Shown one piece after another: positions 29,213-39,895 of a stretch of DNA of 64,000 nucleotides (its first letter is position 1; each line of letters opens with the position of its first letter). The stretch lies in contig JBPCLO010000006.1 in assembly GCA_051003155.1 (NCBI GenBank), positions 33,704 through 97,703 of the forward strand, in the 5' to 3' direction. A model generated the notes under the pieces. It saw only the letters and a list, made by a program, of their open reading frames with translations, did no database searches and had not been told where the DNA came from. The stretch comes from Fimbriimonadales bacterium. GTDB taxonomy: Bacteria > Armatimonadota > Fimbriimonadia > Fimbriimonadales > ATM1. The position numbers and the translations under genes were made by a program.

Positions 29213-30328
29213 ATGCCACTCGATCCCGACGAAGAAGGATTGAAGCAACGATTCGAGTCCGCTGGCTCCGAGCATACTGAAAGGCCAAGAACCCGCATTC
29301 TGATGATTGGACCCGCCCTCGACGTTAAGGGGGGCGTATCAAGCGTCGAAATAGCGATCATCGAAAACCTCTCGTCGGAATTCGAGGTCGATTTCTTGCC
29401 TTCGTACACTGACACAAGTCGACTGCGCGCGGGGCTAATGCTTCTCAAGGCTATGGCGGCCATTCCGTTTCGAGCCAAGATGGCGGACATCGTCCACATT
29501 CACTTCAGCAAGGGTGGCAGCACGCTGCGGAAGGCCATTCTCGCTAAGCTCGTGCTTCTCTCGCGCCGGCCCTTGGTGCTTCACTCGCACGCTTCCTCGT
29601 ATGCCTTCTATTACGAGCTTCCTGGCATCGCGAAGGCTTGGGTTTCGTCATTTTTGGGGAGCGCGAGGAGGTTTGTTGCGCTCTCGGAAAGCTGGGCGGA
29701 GAAATACGCAGCGCTCGGCGTTCCGAAAGGCCGGATCGTGGTTATGCCCAACCCCGTGGTGACGCCGAAGGATGTAGAGCAGCGGCAAGGCCGCGACACG
29801 GTCACCTTCGTTTTCCTCGGTGAGATGGGCACACGGAAGGGCGCTTTCGATCTCGCCGAGGCCTTCCTACGCGTTTCGAGCGAGCGGCCGCAGGCGCGCC
29901 TCGCGATGGCCGGCAACGGCGATGTCGAAAGGGTGCGCCACATGGTCGCAGGAAATGGTGCAGCGACGATCTATGGCTGGATCGACGCGGCCGAGCGGGA
30001 TCGACTCCTACGGTCGGCGGACGTGTTCGTCTTGCCCTCGTTCGACGAGGGGCTACCGATGTCAATGCTCGAAGCGCTCGGCCACGCGTTGCCACCGATC
30101 GTTACGCCGGTGGGTGGAATCCCTGAGGTCATAGTGGACGGACGGAACGGGCTCATGGTTGCGCCCGGGAAAGTCGACGAGATCGCGGCGGCAATGATTC
30201 GGCTGATTGACAATCCGGAGGAGCGCGCGGCGATAGGCAAGGCGGCACGCGCGACCGGCGAGCAGTACGACGTCAGCCAATACGTTTTGAAAATGCGGGA
30301 CCTTTACACGGGGCTACTTGAGGAGTAG
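29213..30328 (+). CDS. GT4-family glycosyltransferase
   Basis: ADVFVLPSFDEGLPMSMLEA, VGGIPEV. Confidence 0.92.
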   Translation: MPLDPDEEGLKQRFESAGSEHTERPRTRILMIGPALDVKGGVSSVEIAIIENLSSEFEVDFLPSYTDTSRLRAGLMLLKAMAAIPFRAKMADIVHIHFSKGGSTLRKAILAKLVLLSRRPLVLHSHASSYAFYYELPGIAKAWVSSFLGSARRFVALSESWAEKYAALGVPKGRIVVMPNPVVTPKDVEQRQGRDTVTFVFLGEMGTRKGAFDLAEAFLRVSSERPQARLAMAGNGDVERVRHMVAGNGAATIYGWIDAAERDRLLRSADVFVLPSFDEGLPMSMLEALGHALPPIVTPVGGIPEVIVDGRNGLMVAPGKVDEIAAAMIRLIDNPEERAAIGKAARATGEQYDVSQYVLKMRDLYTGLLEE

Positions 30329-31555
30329 GGCCGCCAGCGCGTCGAGGGCCACTTTCTTCTCGGTGCTTTCTCGTAGGTCCCTTATAGTGGCTTGCCCGCT
30401 TGTCAGTTCTTCGTCGCCGATCACGATGGCGAACAGTGCGCCCGATTTGTCGGCTTGCCGGAACTGGCTCTTGGCGGAGCGGTAATCCGGGTCCGACTCT
30501 ACGCGAACGCCCGCTTTGCGAAGGTCTTTCAAAACGCGGGCGAAATCGTTACGGCACTCGGTGAGGCAGACGGCGAAGGCGTCCAGCGAGGGAGGCAGCT
30601 CGGCCGATCGGTTATCAATCGCCATGAGGGCGCGCTCGATCCCCATACCGACCCCGACTGCAGGTGTATCCGGTCCTCCGCACTCCTCCACAAGCCCATC
30701 GTAACGGCCGCCGCCGCAAAGGGAGCTTTGCGCGCCGAGCGATTTGGACTGCACCTCGAAGACCGTCTTCGTGTAGTAGTCCAGGCCCCTCACAAGGCGC
30801 GGCTCGATTTCGTAGTTTACGACAAGGTTTTGGAGGCGTTCCAGAATCGTTTCAAAATGCGCCCTGGACTCCGGTTCCAGGAAGTCCCCGATTACCGGTG
30901 CTCCGAGCATCGCCTCTTGGAGAGCCGGATCCTTCGAGTCGAGAATCCTCATGGGATTGCGTTCGCTGCGCTGGCGAAACTCCTCAGGCATGTCCGCGAG
31001 TGCCGGGCGCGCAAACTCCAGGAGCGCGTCGCGAAACCGGGCTCTGCACTCGGACTCGCCGAGGCTGTTGAGCTTCACGGTAACGGAGTTCATGCCCAAC
31101 TCCTTGTAGAAGCGGGCGGTCAGTTCGATCACCTCGGCGTCCGCATCGGGAGAGTCCGAGCCAATGAACTCGACCCCCGTCTGGTGCGACTCGCGAAGCC
31201 GGCCCTTCTGCGGCCTGCCGTATCGGAAGGCCGGCGTGATGTAGAACAACTTGGTGATTTGACCGGGTGCACCCAGGGAGTGCTCCAGGTAAGCGCGAAT
31301 CGCCGGCGCCGTCCCTTCCGGTTTGAGCGAGTTGCTGCGGCCCCCGCGGTCGGAGAACGTATACATTTCTTTCGACACAACGTCGGTGCCCTCGCCCAGT
31401 CGTACGAAGAGGTTGGTGTCCTCGAACGTGGGCGTGCGAATCTCGCGATAGTTGTAAAGCGAGCAGACTCGGCGAAACGTCGCCTCCAGCCAAACCCATC
31501 GTTCCGACTGGCCGGGGAGTATGTCTTCCGTTCCGCGTGGCGCTTGAAACCGCAT
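30314..31555 (-). CDS. hisS: Histidyl-tRNA synthetase
   Basis: PRGTED, KEMYTF, LKPEGTA, RPQKGR, LVRGLDYY, GGGRYDGL. Confidence 0.97.
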   Translation of the reverse strand: MRFQAPRGTEDILPGQSERWVWLEATFRRVCSLYNYREIRTPTFEDTNLFVRLGEGTDVVSKEMYTFSDRGGRSNSLKPEGTAPAIRAYLEHSLGAPGQITKLFYITPAFRYGRPQKGRLRESHQTGVEFIGSDSPDADAEVIELTARFYKELGMNSVTVKLNSLGESECRARFRDALLEFARPALADMPEEFRQRSERNPMRILDSKDPALQEAMLGAPVIGDFLEPESRAHFETILERLQNLVVNYEIEPRLVRGLDYYTKTVFEVQSKSLGAQSSLCGGGRYDGLVEECGGPDTPAVGVGMGIERALMAIDNRSAELPPSLDAFAVCLTECRNDFARVLKDLRKAGVRVESDPDYRSAKSQFRQADKSGALFAIVIGDEELTSGQATIRDLRESTEKKVALDALAALLLK

Positions 31556-31614
31556 TGGGTGTCATTTTGGCTAATTTCGGTGTCAGCCCCGCCCGATGGT
31601 GCAAAATTGCCCGC

Positions 31615-32373
31615 GTGCCGATCTGGGCTGTCGTCAATCAAAAAGGGGGAGTGGGGAAGACCACGACGGCGGTGAACCTAGCCGCGCTCCTTGCCCAGCG
31701 AGGCAGAAAGACGCTTATTGTCGACGCCGACCCGCAGGGGAATGCGACGACTGGTGTGGGGATTGAAAAGCCAGTTTTGAAAGCCACATTGTTCGAAGTT
31801 CTCACCGAGGATGTCTGCGCAGCAAATGCGATCGTCGAGACAAATACGCCGAATCTTCACTGCCTGCCGTCCACCCTCGATCTCGCCGGCGCCGAGCCCG
31901 TGTTGCTCAGCCGCGTCGGTAGAGAAACACTTTTGAAAGACGCGCTGGCTGAAGTACAGGACCGCTACGATTGGATATTGATCGACTCGCCGCCATCGCT
32001 GGGCATCCTCACCATCAACGCGCTCGCCGCATCGGAAGGTGTGCTGGTACCGCTCCAGTGCGAGTTTTATGCGCTCGAAGGACTGAGCCAGCTCGTTAAG
32101 ACCCTGCAGTTGGTGCAGAAGCGCATCCGCCCCGATTTGAAGATCGCGAAGGTTCTTTTGACGATGTACGACGGGCGCAACCGTCTTAGCTTGCAGGTGG
32201 AAGAAGAAGTGCGCGATTATTTCGGAGACCTCGTCGCCAAGACGACGATCCCCCGCAACGTAAAGCTGAGCGAAGCGCCCAGTTTCGGCGTACCCGCGGT
32301 GTTCCAGTACCCGATGAGCAAGGGCGCGGAGGCATACGCGAGTTTCGCGGACGAGGTGCTTGCCGATGCGTAG
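31615..32373 (+). CDS. parA: Chromosome partitioning ATPase ParA/Soj
   Basis: NQKGGVGKTTT, DADPQGNAT, DSPPSLG, IPRNVKLSEAPS. Confidence 0.95.
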   Translation: MPIWAVVNQKGGVGKTTTAVNLAALLAQRGRKTLIVDADPQGNATTGVGIEKPVLKATLFEVLTEDVCAANAIVETNTPNLHCLPSTLDLAGAEPVLLSRVGRETLLKDALAEVQDRYDWILIDSPPSLGILTINALAASEGVLVPLQCEFYALEGLSQLVKTLQLVQKRIRPDLKIAKVLLTMYDGRNRLSLQVEEEVRDYFGDLVAKTTIPRNVKLSEAPSFGVPAVFQYPMSKGAEAYASFADEVLADA

Positions 32374-33196
32374 GGTCTTGGGTAAAGGCCTGTCTCAGCT
32401 GATGGCGGAGCAGCAAGAGGATGTCTCGATTCAGCAGCTTCCGATCGACAAGCTCGTGCCGAATGAGCGCCAACCGCGAAAGGATTTCGCCGAAGATCCG
32501 TTGCAAGAACTTGCCGATTCCATCGAACGTGTAGGAATCATGCAGCCGATCGTGGTGCGAGCATTGGACCACGGCCGGTACGAGATTATCGCGGGAGAAA
32601 GGCGCTGGCGCGCAGCTTCGCTGGCCGGTCTGGACGAGGTGCCGGTTGTCATACGCAACGCCAACTCCTCCGAAGCGCTGCAGTTGGCTTTGATCGAGAA
32701 CATCCAGCGCGAGGACATTTCCGCCTTGGAATGCGCCCTCGCTTACCAGTCGTTGATCGACGAGCACGGGCTCATACAGGAAGAACTGGCCAAGCGGGTC
32801 GGAAAATCGCGGCCATCGGTTGCCAACACCATTCGGCTTTTGCGCCTGCCGCTCGAAATTCGCGAAGCGCTAGCATCCGGCGCGATAAGCGAAGGGCACG
32901 CCAGGGCCCTGCTCCAGTTCGACACCGAGTCAGAACAGCTCATCGTGCACCGGCAAATTCGAGAGCGGGGACTGAGCGTGCGCGACGTGGAGAGCCTCGC
33001 CAAAGGCCGCAGAGTAACGGTAAAGACCCACACGCGGCGGGAGTCGGCCGATAGCCCGCTCGACCGCGCCGTCAGCGAGTATTTCGGAAGTCCTTCAAAA
33101 GTGAAGCAAAATGGACACGGAGGAAAAATCGAAATCGACTTTTACGACGAAGATGATTTAGCTCGAATTTTGGATATTCTGGATATCCGGATTTAG
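32366..33196 (+). CDS. parB: Chromosome partitioning protein ParB/Spo0J
   Basis: LGKGL, QPRKDF, IAGERRWRA, ENIQREDI, GHARALL. Confidence 0.95.
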   Translation: MRRVLGKGLSQLMAEQQEDVSIQQLPIDKLVPNERQPRKDFAEDPLQELADSIERVGIMQPIVVRALDHGRYEIIAGERRWRAASLAGLDEVPVVIRNANSSEALQLALIENIQREDISALECALAYQSLIDEHGLIQEELAKRVGKSRPSVANTIRLLRLPLEIREALASGAISEGHARALLQFDTESEQLIVHRQIRERGLSVRDVESLAKGRRVTVKTHTRRESADSPLDRAVSEYFGSPSKVKQNGHGGKIEIDFYDEDDLARILDILDIRI

Positions 33197-33462
33197 AGCA
33201 TTTTTTCGCTGACGACGCCGACGTACCAGTGCTCGTCACCTTCTTTTTCAGGTTGCTCGTGCCAGTCGTAACAGTAGCCGCTGACGAGCGTTTCGTCTAG
33301 AAGCCGTTTGATCAGCTTATATTTTGGGATGCAGACTTCTTTGAGGATCGGATACATTTCGGAAGGCATCGGGTCGAGAAGTGTTTGGTAGTCATCGGAA
33401 ACATCCACGAGCGTGATCCGAGCCAGGTTGTATTTCCAAAGTTCGCCGTCCAAATTGGCCAA
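33193..33462 (-). CDS. Small hypothetical protein
   Basis: 89-aa ORF preceded by GGAGG RBS; protein-like composition. Confidence 0.7.
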   Translation of the reverse strand: MANLDGELWKYNLARITLVDVSDDYQTLLDPMPSEMYPILKEVCIPKYKLIKRLLDETLVSGYCYDWHEQPEKEGDEHWYVGVVSEKML

Positions 33463-33556
33463 AAGCGCACCTCCATGTCCGCTGTTTTCTGAAGGGACGC
33501 CGCAGGCCGGACAAAGGACGCAAAAAAACCGGGCGTCGACATGTCAAAATTAGGGC

Positions 33557-33790
33557 GTGAGCCGCTATCGAGTGTTTGTGACCCTAAAGCCTGCGTTGCT
33601 CGATTCAGCCGGGCGCGCTGTCAATGACGCCTTGCATTCTCTGGGCTTCGAAGACGTGGAGGATGTCCGAGTGGGCAAGCTCATCGAGATCTCGATGAAG
33701 GTCGGAAACGAGGCCCAGGTCGAGGAGATGTGCAAGAAGCTGCTCGCAAACCCGGTCGTGGAGAACTACCACATCGAGCCGTCGAATTGA
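33557..33790 (+). CDS. purS: FGAM synthase subunit PurS
   Basis: DVRVGK, MCKKLLANPVVE. Confidence 0.95.
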   Translation: MSRYRVFVTLKPALLDSAGRAVNDALHSLGFEDVEDVRVGKLIEISMKVGNEAQVEEMCKKLLANPVVENYHIEPSN

Positions 33791-34470
33791 GAATCGCGGT
33801 CCTTCAATCGCCCGGCAGCAACTGCGACCAGGATGCCTACCATGCCCTAAAGGATCACCTCGGCTTCGACGCGAAGTACGTTTGGCATAGGCAGACCTCG
33901 CTCGAGGGCTTCGACGGCGTGGTTATTCCGGGCGGCTTTACCTACGGGGATTATTTGCGGGGCGGCGCGATCGCGGCCCTATCGCCCGCAATCGAAGAGG
34001 TGAAACGGTTTGCCATGGAAGGAAGGCCGGTCATCGGCATCTGCAACGGCTTTCAGATTCTGACCGAGGCGGGGATCTTGCCGGGGGCGCTTGTGCGCAA
34101 TGCAGGGCGGAGGTTCCTTTGCAAGAGTGCGAACATCAAGGCAGTCAATCGCACGAGCCCATGGACGGCGAACTGCGAACGAGTCCTAAAAATCCCGATC
34201 GCACACAACGAGGGCCGCTACATAGCGGACGACAACACGATCGCGAAGCTGGAGGGCGAGGGGCGTGTTGCGTTCGTTTACTGCACGCCCGAGGGCGAGG
34301 TGATTCCCGAGGCAGCGCCGAGCGGCTCCAGCCACAACATCGCCGGAATCCTAAACGAAGGGGGCAACGTTCTCGGGATGATGCCCCACCCGGAACGCGC
34401 CGTGAGCGAATTGTTGGGAGGCTCCGACGGGTGCATTATTCTAGGGCAGCTAGCCACCGCGAAGGTATAA
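33787..34470 (+). CDS. purQ: FGAM synthase glutaminase PurQ
   Basis: [33 protein letters not shown]. Confidence 0.95.
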   Translation: MRIAVLQSPGSNCDQDAYHALKDHLGFDAKYVWHRQTSLEGFDGVVIPGGFTYGDYLRGGAIAALSPAIEEVKRFAMEGRPVIGICNGFQILTEAGILPGALVRNAGRRFLCKSANIKAVNRTSPWTANCERVLKIPIAHNEGRYIADDNTIAKLEGEGRVAFVYCTPEGEVIPEAAPSGSSHNIAGILNEGGNVLGMMPHPERAVSELLGGSDGCIILGQLATAKV

Positions 34471-34477
34471 CCAAGGG

Positions 34478-35173
34478 GTGGACAAGACAGTAGGGAGCGC
34501 GACGGAGGCGCTGCAGAGGGCCGGGCTTCGAAATGGGATGACGCTGATGGCGGGCGGCTTTGGCCTATGCGGAATTCCGGAAAATTTGATACTCGCCGTG
34601 CGCGAACTCGGGGCAATTGACCTGACCATCATCAGCAACAACGCTGGCGTCGATGATTTCGGATTGGGCCTCCTTTTGCAAACCAAGCAGATCAAGAAAA
34701 TGATTTCTAGCTACGTGGGCGAGAACGCGACTTTTGAGCAGCAGTTTCTCAGCGGCGAACTCGAGGTCGAGCTGACCCCACAAGGCACGCTCGCGGAAAA
34801 GATTCGGGCGGGCGGCGCAGGCATTCCGGCCTTTTTTACGCCCACCGGGTACGGGACCTTGGTGTCGGAAGGCAAGGAGACGCGCGAAATCGACGGGCGA
34901 TTTTACGTGCTCGAGAATTCGCTGACGGCGGACATCGCTCTGGTCAAAGCCCACCGAGCCGACCGGACCGGCAACCTGATGTTCCGAATGACCTCGCGCA
35001 ACTTCAACCCTATGATGGCGACCGCGGCCAAGACGACGATCGCAGAGGTGGAGGAGATCGTGGAGACCGGATCGCTAGATCCTGAGTGCATTCACACGCA
35101 GGGTGTTTACGTTCAAATGGTAGTAAAAGGCGCGTTCGAGAAACGAATCGAACAGAAAACCGTCAGGCAATAA
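34478..35173 (+). CDS. scoA: 3-oxoacid CoA-transferase subunit A
   Basis: [33 protein letters not shown]. Confidence 0.93.
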   Translation: MDKTVGSATEALQRAGLRNGMTLMAGGFGLCGIPENLILAVRELGAIDLTIISNNAGVDDFGLGLLLQTKQIKKMISSYVGENATFEQQFLSGELEVELTPQGTLAEKIRAGGAGIPAFFTPTGYGTLVSEGKETREIDGRFYVLENSLTADIALVKAHRADRTGNLMFRMTSRNFNPMMATAAKTTIAEVEEIVETGSLDPECIHTQGVYVQMVVKGAFEKRIEQKTVRQ

Positions 35174-35203
35174 ACTGGTAGAATCTTGTCGAGTACTTCG
35201 CAC

Positions 35204-37402
35204 ATGGCGCTTGACTTAGATTCCCTTAATGAACAGCAGCTCGAGGCTGTATCGCACCCCGGCGGCGCGCTGCTCATTTTTGCCGGAGCCGGGAGCGGCA
35301 AGACTAGGGTTATCACATACCGGATCGCGAAATTAATCCAAAACGGCATGCGTCCCGGGCAAATTCTAGCCGTCACATTTACGAATAAAGCCGCGAGAGA
35401 GATGCGCTCTCGTGTCGAGGCATTGGTTGGCGATCAAGCAAAAGCGCTTTGGATGGGTACGTTCCATTCCATTTGCGGGAGGATGTTGAGGCAAAGCGGC
35501 CATTCAATCGGTATCGACCGCAATTTCGTTATTTACGATGACGCCGATCAACTAAGCCTAATTAAGGCGATACTCAAGCGGCGCAATATCGACGATAAAG
35601 CGGTCACTCCGCGCGGCGTTCTTAATGAAATTAGCCGCGCGAAGGAGAGATTAATCGAGCCCGAGAAATATTCCAATGCAGCCGCCGGATTTTTTGAGCG
35701 GATCGTAGCGCAGATCTATCCGGATTATCAGGCGAACTTACGCAAAAGCAATGCGTTGGATTTTGATGATATGCTTTTGCTCGCCGTGCGGATACTGCGG
35801 GAACGAGAGGACGTTAGAGGCGCTTTTCAAGATAAATTCCACCAAATCTTAGTGGACGAGTTTCAGGATGTCAACCACGCTCAATACGCGTTTATTCGCA
35901 TCCTTGCGGCCAAGCACGGCAATGTAACGGTCGTTGGCGACGACGACCAGTCTATTTATGCGTGGCGCGGAGCGGATGTTTCTTTAATCCATAAATTCGC
36001 CGGTGAATTTCCTGGAGCGAAGACTATCAAGCTCGAAAGAAATTACCGATCTACGAAAAGAATTCTCGCTGCTGCCCATTCCGTAGTAAAACACAATCGC
36101 AGCCGGGCTAAAAAGGAATTGTGGACCGAGAACGACGAAGGTCCGCCGATAAGCATCACCGAGCTGGGCACGGAGCAGGACGAGGCGATGCTTGTTGCCG
36201 ACACCATCCAACATGCCGTTCGGCAAGCAAGGCGCAAGCATAGCGACTTTGTGGTGCTTTACCGTACGAACGCGCAGAGCCGCGTGATCGAGGAGGCCTT
36301 TCTCATGATGCGCATTCCGCACGCCCTGATCGGGGGCCAGCGGTTCTACGAGCGTAAGGAAATCAAAGATATGATGGCCTACCTACGGCTGGCTGCAAAC
36401 CCCGACGACGACGTTTCGTTGAAGCGCGTCATCAACGAGCCCGGACGCGGCATCGGTGGCACGACGGTTGCGAAAATGCAGGAGTTCGCGGGCGCGGGCT
36501 CTCTGTGGTCGGCGGCGAAGAACCAGGAGTTTCTGCACTCTCTCCAAAAGAGAACTGCTGGCGCGATCAATGCGTTTGCGGCAGGCATCGAGAGCGGCGC
36601 CGCCATGCGTGACGAGTCACCCGATAAGACCGAGCCTGTCTTGCGCCGGCTTCTTGTGGAGAGTGGGTACATGGAGTCGTTGCGCGCTGAACGGAGCGAG
36701 GAGGCGAACGGCCGGCTCGATAACTTGCAAGAACTGGTCAACGTCGCCGCCCAGCATGACGCCACCAGTGACGAACCGGGACTCTATGGATTCCTTCAAG
36801 AAATCGCCCTCCTATCGGATCAGGACGAGGTCCAGGAGCAGCCGGACGACGGTGGAAAGGTTACGCTCATGACCGCGCACACTGCCAAGGGCTTGGAGTT
36901 TCCCGTGGTCTTTGTAGTCGGCTTGGAGGAGAGCATCTTTCCCCATTCTCGGTCGATGAACTCTGACACGGAGATCGAAGAGGAGCGCCGCTTGTGCTAC
37001 GTGGCGATGACCCGTGCCCGCGAAGAGCTCTATTTGACGTACGCCGCGCGCCGGACCACTTACGGCCAGCCCAATTTCAACTCGCGAAGCCGGTTTTTGG
37101 AGTCGATCCCAGTTGACATTTGCTCGTCTCTCCGAGAAACGACCATGCCCAGAACCGCCCGTGCCATGGCGTCGATAAGGTCCAGAAACGGGCCCTACAC
37201 TCCGCCAACGCGCCCGTTGCACTCGCCAGACTGGAAGGCGCCGTTCGAGGCCGGCCAGCAGGTGAAGCATCCCAAGTTCGGGGTCGGAATGGTCGTGGCG
37301 TGTATGCCGACGCGTGGCGACTGCGAGGTGACGGTAGCGTTTCCAGGCGTCGTCGGGACCAAGCGTCTCATAGCGGGAATCGCCAAATTGGAAGCCATCT
37401 AA
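35204..37402 (+). CDS. pcrA: ATP-dependent DNA helicase PcrA/UvrD
   Basis: AGAGSGKT, TFTNKAA, DEFQD, GDDDQSIY, NYRS, KGLEF, EERRLCYVAMTRA. Confidence 0.96.
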   Translation: MALDLDSLNEQQLEAVSHPGGALLIFAGAGSGKTRVITYRIAKLIQNGMRPGQILAVTFTNKAAREMRSRVEALVGDQAKALWMGTFHSICGRMLRQSGHSIGIDRNFVIYDDADQLSLIKAILKRRNIDDKAVTPRGVLNEISRAKERLIEPEKYSNAAAGFFERIVAQIYPDYQANLRKSNALDFDDMLLLAVRILREREDVRGAFQDKFHQILVDEFQDVNHAQYAFIRILAAKHGNVTVVGDDDQSIYAWRGADVSLIHKFAGEFPGAKTIKLERNYRSTKRILAAAHSVVKHNRSRAKKELWTENDEGPPISITELGTEQDEAMLVADTIQHAVRQARRKHSDFVVLYRTNAQSRVIEEAFLMMRIPHALIGGQRFYERKEIKDMMAYLRLAANPDDDVSLKRVINEPGRGIGGTTVAKMQEFAGAGSLWSAAKNQEFLHSLQKRTAGAINAFAAGIESGAAMRDESPDKTEPVLRRLLVESGYMESLRAERSEEANGRLDNLQELVNVAAQHDATSDEPGLYGFLQEIALLSDQDEVQEQPDDGGKVTLMTAHTAKGLEFPVVFVVGLEESIFPHSRSMNSDTEIEEERRLCYVAMTRAREELYLTYAARRTTYGQPNFNSRSRFLESIPVDICSSLRETTMPRTARAMASIRSRNGPYTPPTRPLHSPDWKAPFEAGQQVKHPKFGVGMVVACMPTRGDCEVTVAFPGVVGTKRLIAGIAKLEAI

Positions 37403-37944
37403 AGGCAGCGGCCGAGGCGATCCATGTACTCCGCGGAGGAAATCTCAATGGCGCCGAGCGATTCCAAATGGGGCGTCAGGTACTGAACGTCGAGCAGTCC
37501 AAAATTGCGCTCCTTCAAGAACTCCACAAGCCGCCACAACGCTACCTTGCCGGCATCGGTGACCAAATGGAACATCGATTCCGCGAAGAATGCCCGACCC
37601 AGCGCGAATCCGTAAACCCCGCCGACGAGCCTAACGTCGATCCACGCTTCGGAACAATGACCCTGGCCCATTCTAAACATCTCGGTGTACGCGCAGACGA
37701 ACTCCTCGGTTATCCACGTCTCCTCACGATCAGCGCAGGCTCGCATAACCCGCTCGTACTCAGAGTCGAATCGCACCTCGAATCGTCGGTCTGATTTGCG
37801 CAGAGATCGAGCAACGCGGAATCCGTCCAGCGGAATAATCGCACGCGGGTCTGGTCGGAACCAGCCGATTTCGCCGTCCGGCATTCCCATGGGGAAGACG
37901 CCGTGAGAGTATGCTAGTTCCAACACTTGGGGGGTCAGCTCCAC
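37399..37944 (-). CDS. aat: Leucyl/phenylalanyl-tRNA-protein transferase
   Basis: AYSHGVFPM, PDPRAII, TWIT, LVGGVYG, FFAESMF, DVQYLTPHL. Confidence 0.93.
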   Translation of the reverse strand: MELTPQVLELAYSHGVFPMGMPDGEIGWFRPDPRAIIPLDGFRVARSLRKSDRRFEVRFDSEYERVMRACADREETWITEEFVCAYTEMFRMGQGHCSEAWIDVRLVGGVYGFALGRAFFAESMFHLVTDAGKVALWRLVEFLKERNFGLLDVQYLTPHLESLGAIEISSAEYMDRLGRCL

Positions 37945-38177
37945 TTTTCGAAGAGTATGGTGTCTTCATCTCTTAAACACGTTCCTCACGGGAACGGGCC
38001 GCCGCGAAATGGGTAAACTAGGTACTCAAATAAAAAATAGCCGGCGGCAGGCAGCGGTCGAAGAAAGTTTTATCCACCCTTGAAGAGACGTGCTCCGAAC
38101 GTAAGGGAACGTGGAGCGTCCCTCGAGATATTCGCAATTACGCGAAGCCCGCTGACGCACCGGCCAAATGGTGACCG

Positions 38178-39890
38178 ATGAACAAACAAATCATCGTCAA
38201 CGTCACCCCTCGCGAAACGCGTATAGCGGTAGCAGAGAACGGGCAGCTCATGGAGTTGCGCGTAGAGCGCGAGGAGCGTGTCGTTGGCAGCATATACAAA
38301 GGCATAGTCCAGAACGTTCTGCCGGGAATGGATGCCGCCTTTGTCGATATTGGGCTGGAAAGGAACGCGTTCTTATACGTCGCTGATATCTTGCCCGAAG
38401 ACGAGATTTCGAACGGGGAAAGCCCCGCCAGTATCAAGCGCAGCGATCTCAGACGAAGGCGAATAACCGACCTCTTGAAACCTGGCCAGGAACTGATGGT
38501 GCAAGTGATCAAGGGTCCCCGGGGGACCAAGGGGGCGCGCGTATCCAGCCGGATCGCCCTGCCGGGCCGATGTGTCGTTTTGATGCCCACCGGCAACAAC
38601 CTGGGAATAAGCAAGAAGATCGAAAGTCGCGACGAGCGTGAACGCCTGCGCAAGATAGGCGAGCGGATACGGCCGGCCGGATTCGGCTTGATCATGCGAA
38701 CCGAGTGCGAGCAGAAAGCCGAAACAGAGCTGCGGTCAGACGTCCGCTTCCTCAAGAACGCGTGGGGCCAGGTCGTCGATAACGCCCGGAAGACCCGCGC
38801 TCCAGCGCTAGTTTACCGGGACCAATCCCTCCTTTACCGAACTCTGCGTGACATGGTCAGCGATGACGTAAACAAGGTGGTGATCGACGACCCGGACGAG
38901 TTCGAGAAGGTTCACGCCGTAGCAGAGAGCGTATTGCCGGAACTGCGCGAGCGCATCGTCCTGTACGACGGTGAAACGCCGATCTTCGACCATTTCAATG
39001 TCGAGCGCGACTTGGAGAAGCTGATTAAGCAGAAGGTGTCGCTCAAGTCCGGCGGTTCGCTGGTTATCGACGAGATGGAAGCGATCACGGCGATCGACAT
39101 CAATACCGGCAAACAGGTCGGCACAACCAATCTCGCCGACACCATTCTGCGAGCGAATCTGGAAGCTGCCGATGAAGTTGGCCGCCAGCTTCGCCTTCGC
39201 GACATAGGCGGAATCATCGTCGTGGACTTCATCGACATGAGTTCTGCGGCGGACCGGAAAAAGGTCCTTACACACTTCCAGAACGTATTGAAAAAGGATC
39301 GTGCGCGAACCCGCATTGGTCGCATTAGTAGCCTAGGGCTCGTCGAAATGACCAGGAAGCGCACCGGCGAATCCGTGACCGAAGCGCTGACCTCCGTCTG
39401 TCGCACGTGCGACGGCCGCGGCCGCGTTCCGAGCAGTGATACGGTTTCTTTATGGGTCGAGCGGGATCTGCGCCGTGCTATGGACGAATCTGGGAATGCC
39501 TTTTATGTGGACTGCAGCCCAGCCGTATGCGAATCCTTGATCGGCGCAGATGGCGAGAACGTCGAGGAACTCGAACATCTGCTTAGCCGCGCCCTGTTCA
39601 TCAGGGCCGACCAGGCCGTGGGCCTCGACGAGTACACGATCCAGTCGGGCACGATCGACCAATTCGACAAGAGCGTCATGGGCTTCCGCCGCGCGCAGGT
39701 CCTGGAGTGCAACGTCCGATCGTCGCAGCTCAACGGCTCGAACAAGGCCGTCGGTTGGACCGACGGCGGGTACTACATCGAACTGGTCGAGGGTGAAGGC
39801 TACATCGGCCGTAGAGTCAAGATCTGCCTGGAAGATATTCGCCGCTCGTTCGCGGTCGGGAGCGTGATCATGCCCGGGCTAACCAGATAG
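38178..39890 (+). CDS. rng: Ribonuclease E/G family
   Basis: IYKG.V..VLPGMDAAFVDIG, IDINTG, RQLRLRDIGGIIVVDFIDM, C..C.G.G. Confidence 0.93.
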   Translation: MNKQIIVNVTPRETRIAVAENGQLMELRVEREERVVGSIYKGIVQNVLPGMDAAFVDIGLERNAFLYVADILPEDEISNGESPASIKRSDLRRRRITDLLKPGQELMVQVIKGPRGTKGARVSSRIALPGRCVVLMPTGNNLGISKKIESRDERERLRKIGERIRPAGFGLIMRTECEQKAETELRSDVRFLKNAWGQVVDNARKTRAPALVYRDQSLLYRTLRDMVSDDVNKVVIDDPDEFEKVHAVAESVLPELRERIVLYDGETPIFDHFNVERDLEKLIKQKVSLKSGGSLVIDEMEAITAIDINTGKQVGTTNLADTILRANLEAADEVGRQLRLRDIGGIIVVDFIDMSSAADRKKVLTHFQNVLKKDRARTRIGRISSLGLVEMTRKRTGESVTEALTSVCRTCDGRGRVPSSDTVSLWVERDLRRAMDESGNAFYVDCSPAVCESLIGADGENVEELEHLLSRALFIRADQAVGLDEYTIQSGTIDQFDKSVMGFRRAQVLECNVRSSQLNGSNKAVGWTDGGYYIELVEGEGYIGRRVKICLEDIRRSFAVGSVIMPGLTR

Positions 39891-39895
39891 CGTAG

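Noticed and set aside
30392..31675. 427-aa plus-strand ORF and similar long antisense ORFs (e.g. 8952-9764, 11029-11943, 23781-24599)
   Set aside because: Shadow frames of well-supported genes in GC-rich DNA; no recognisable motifs.
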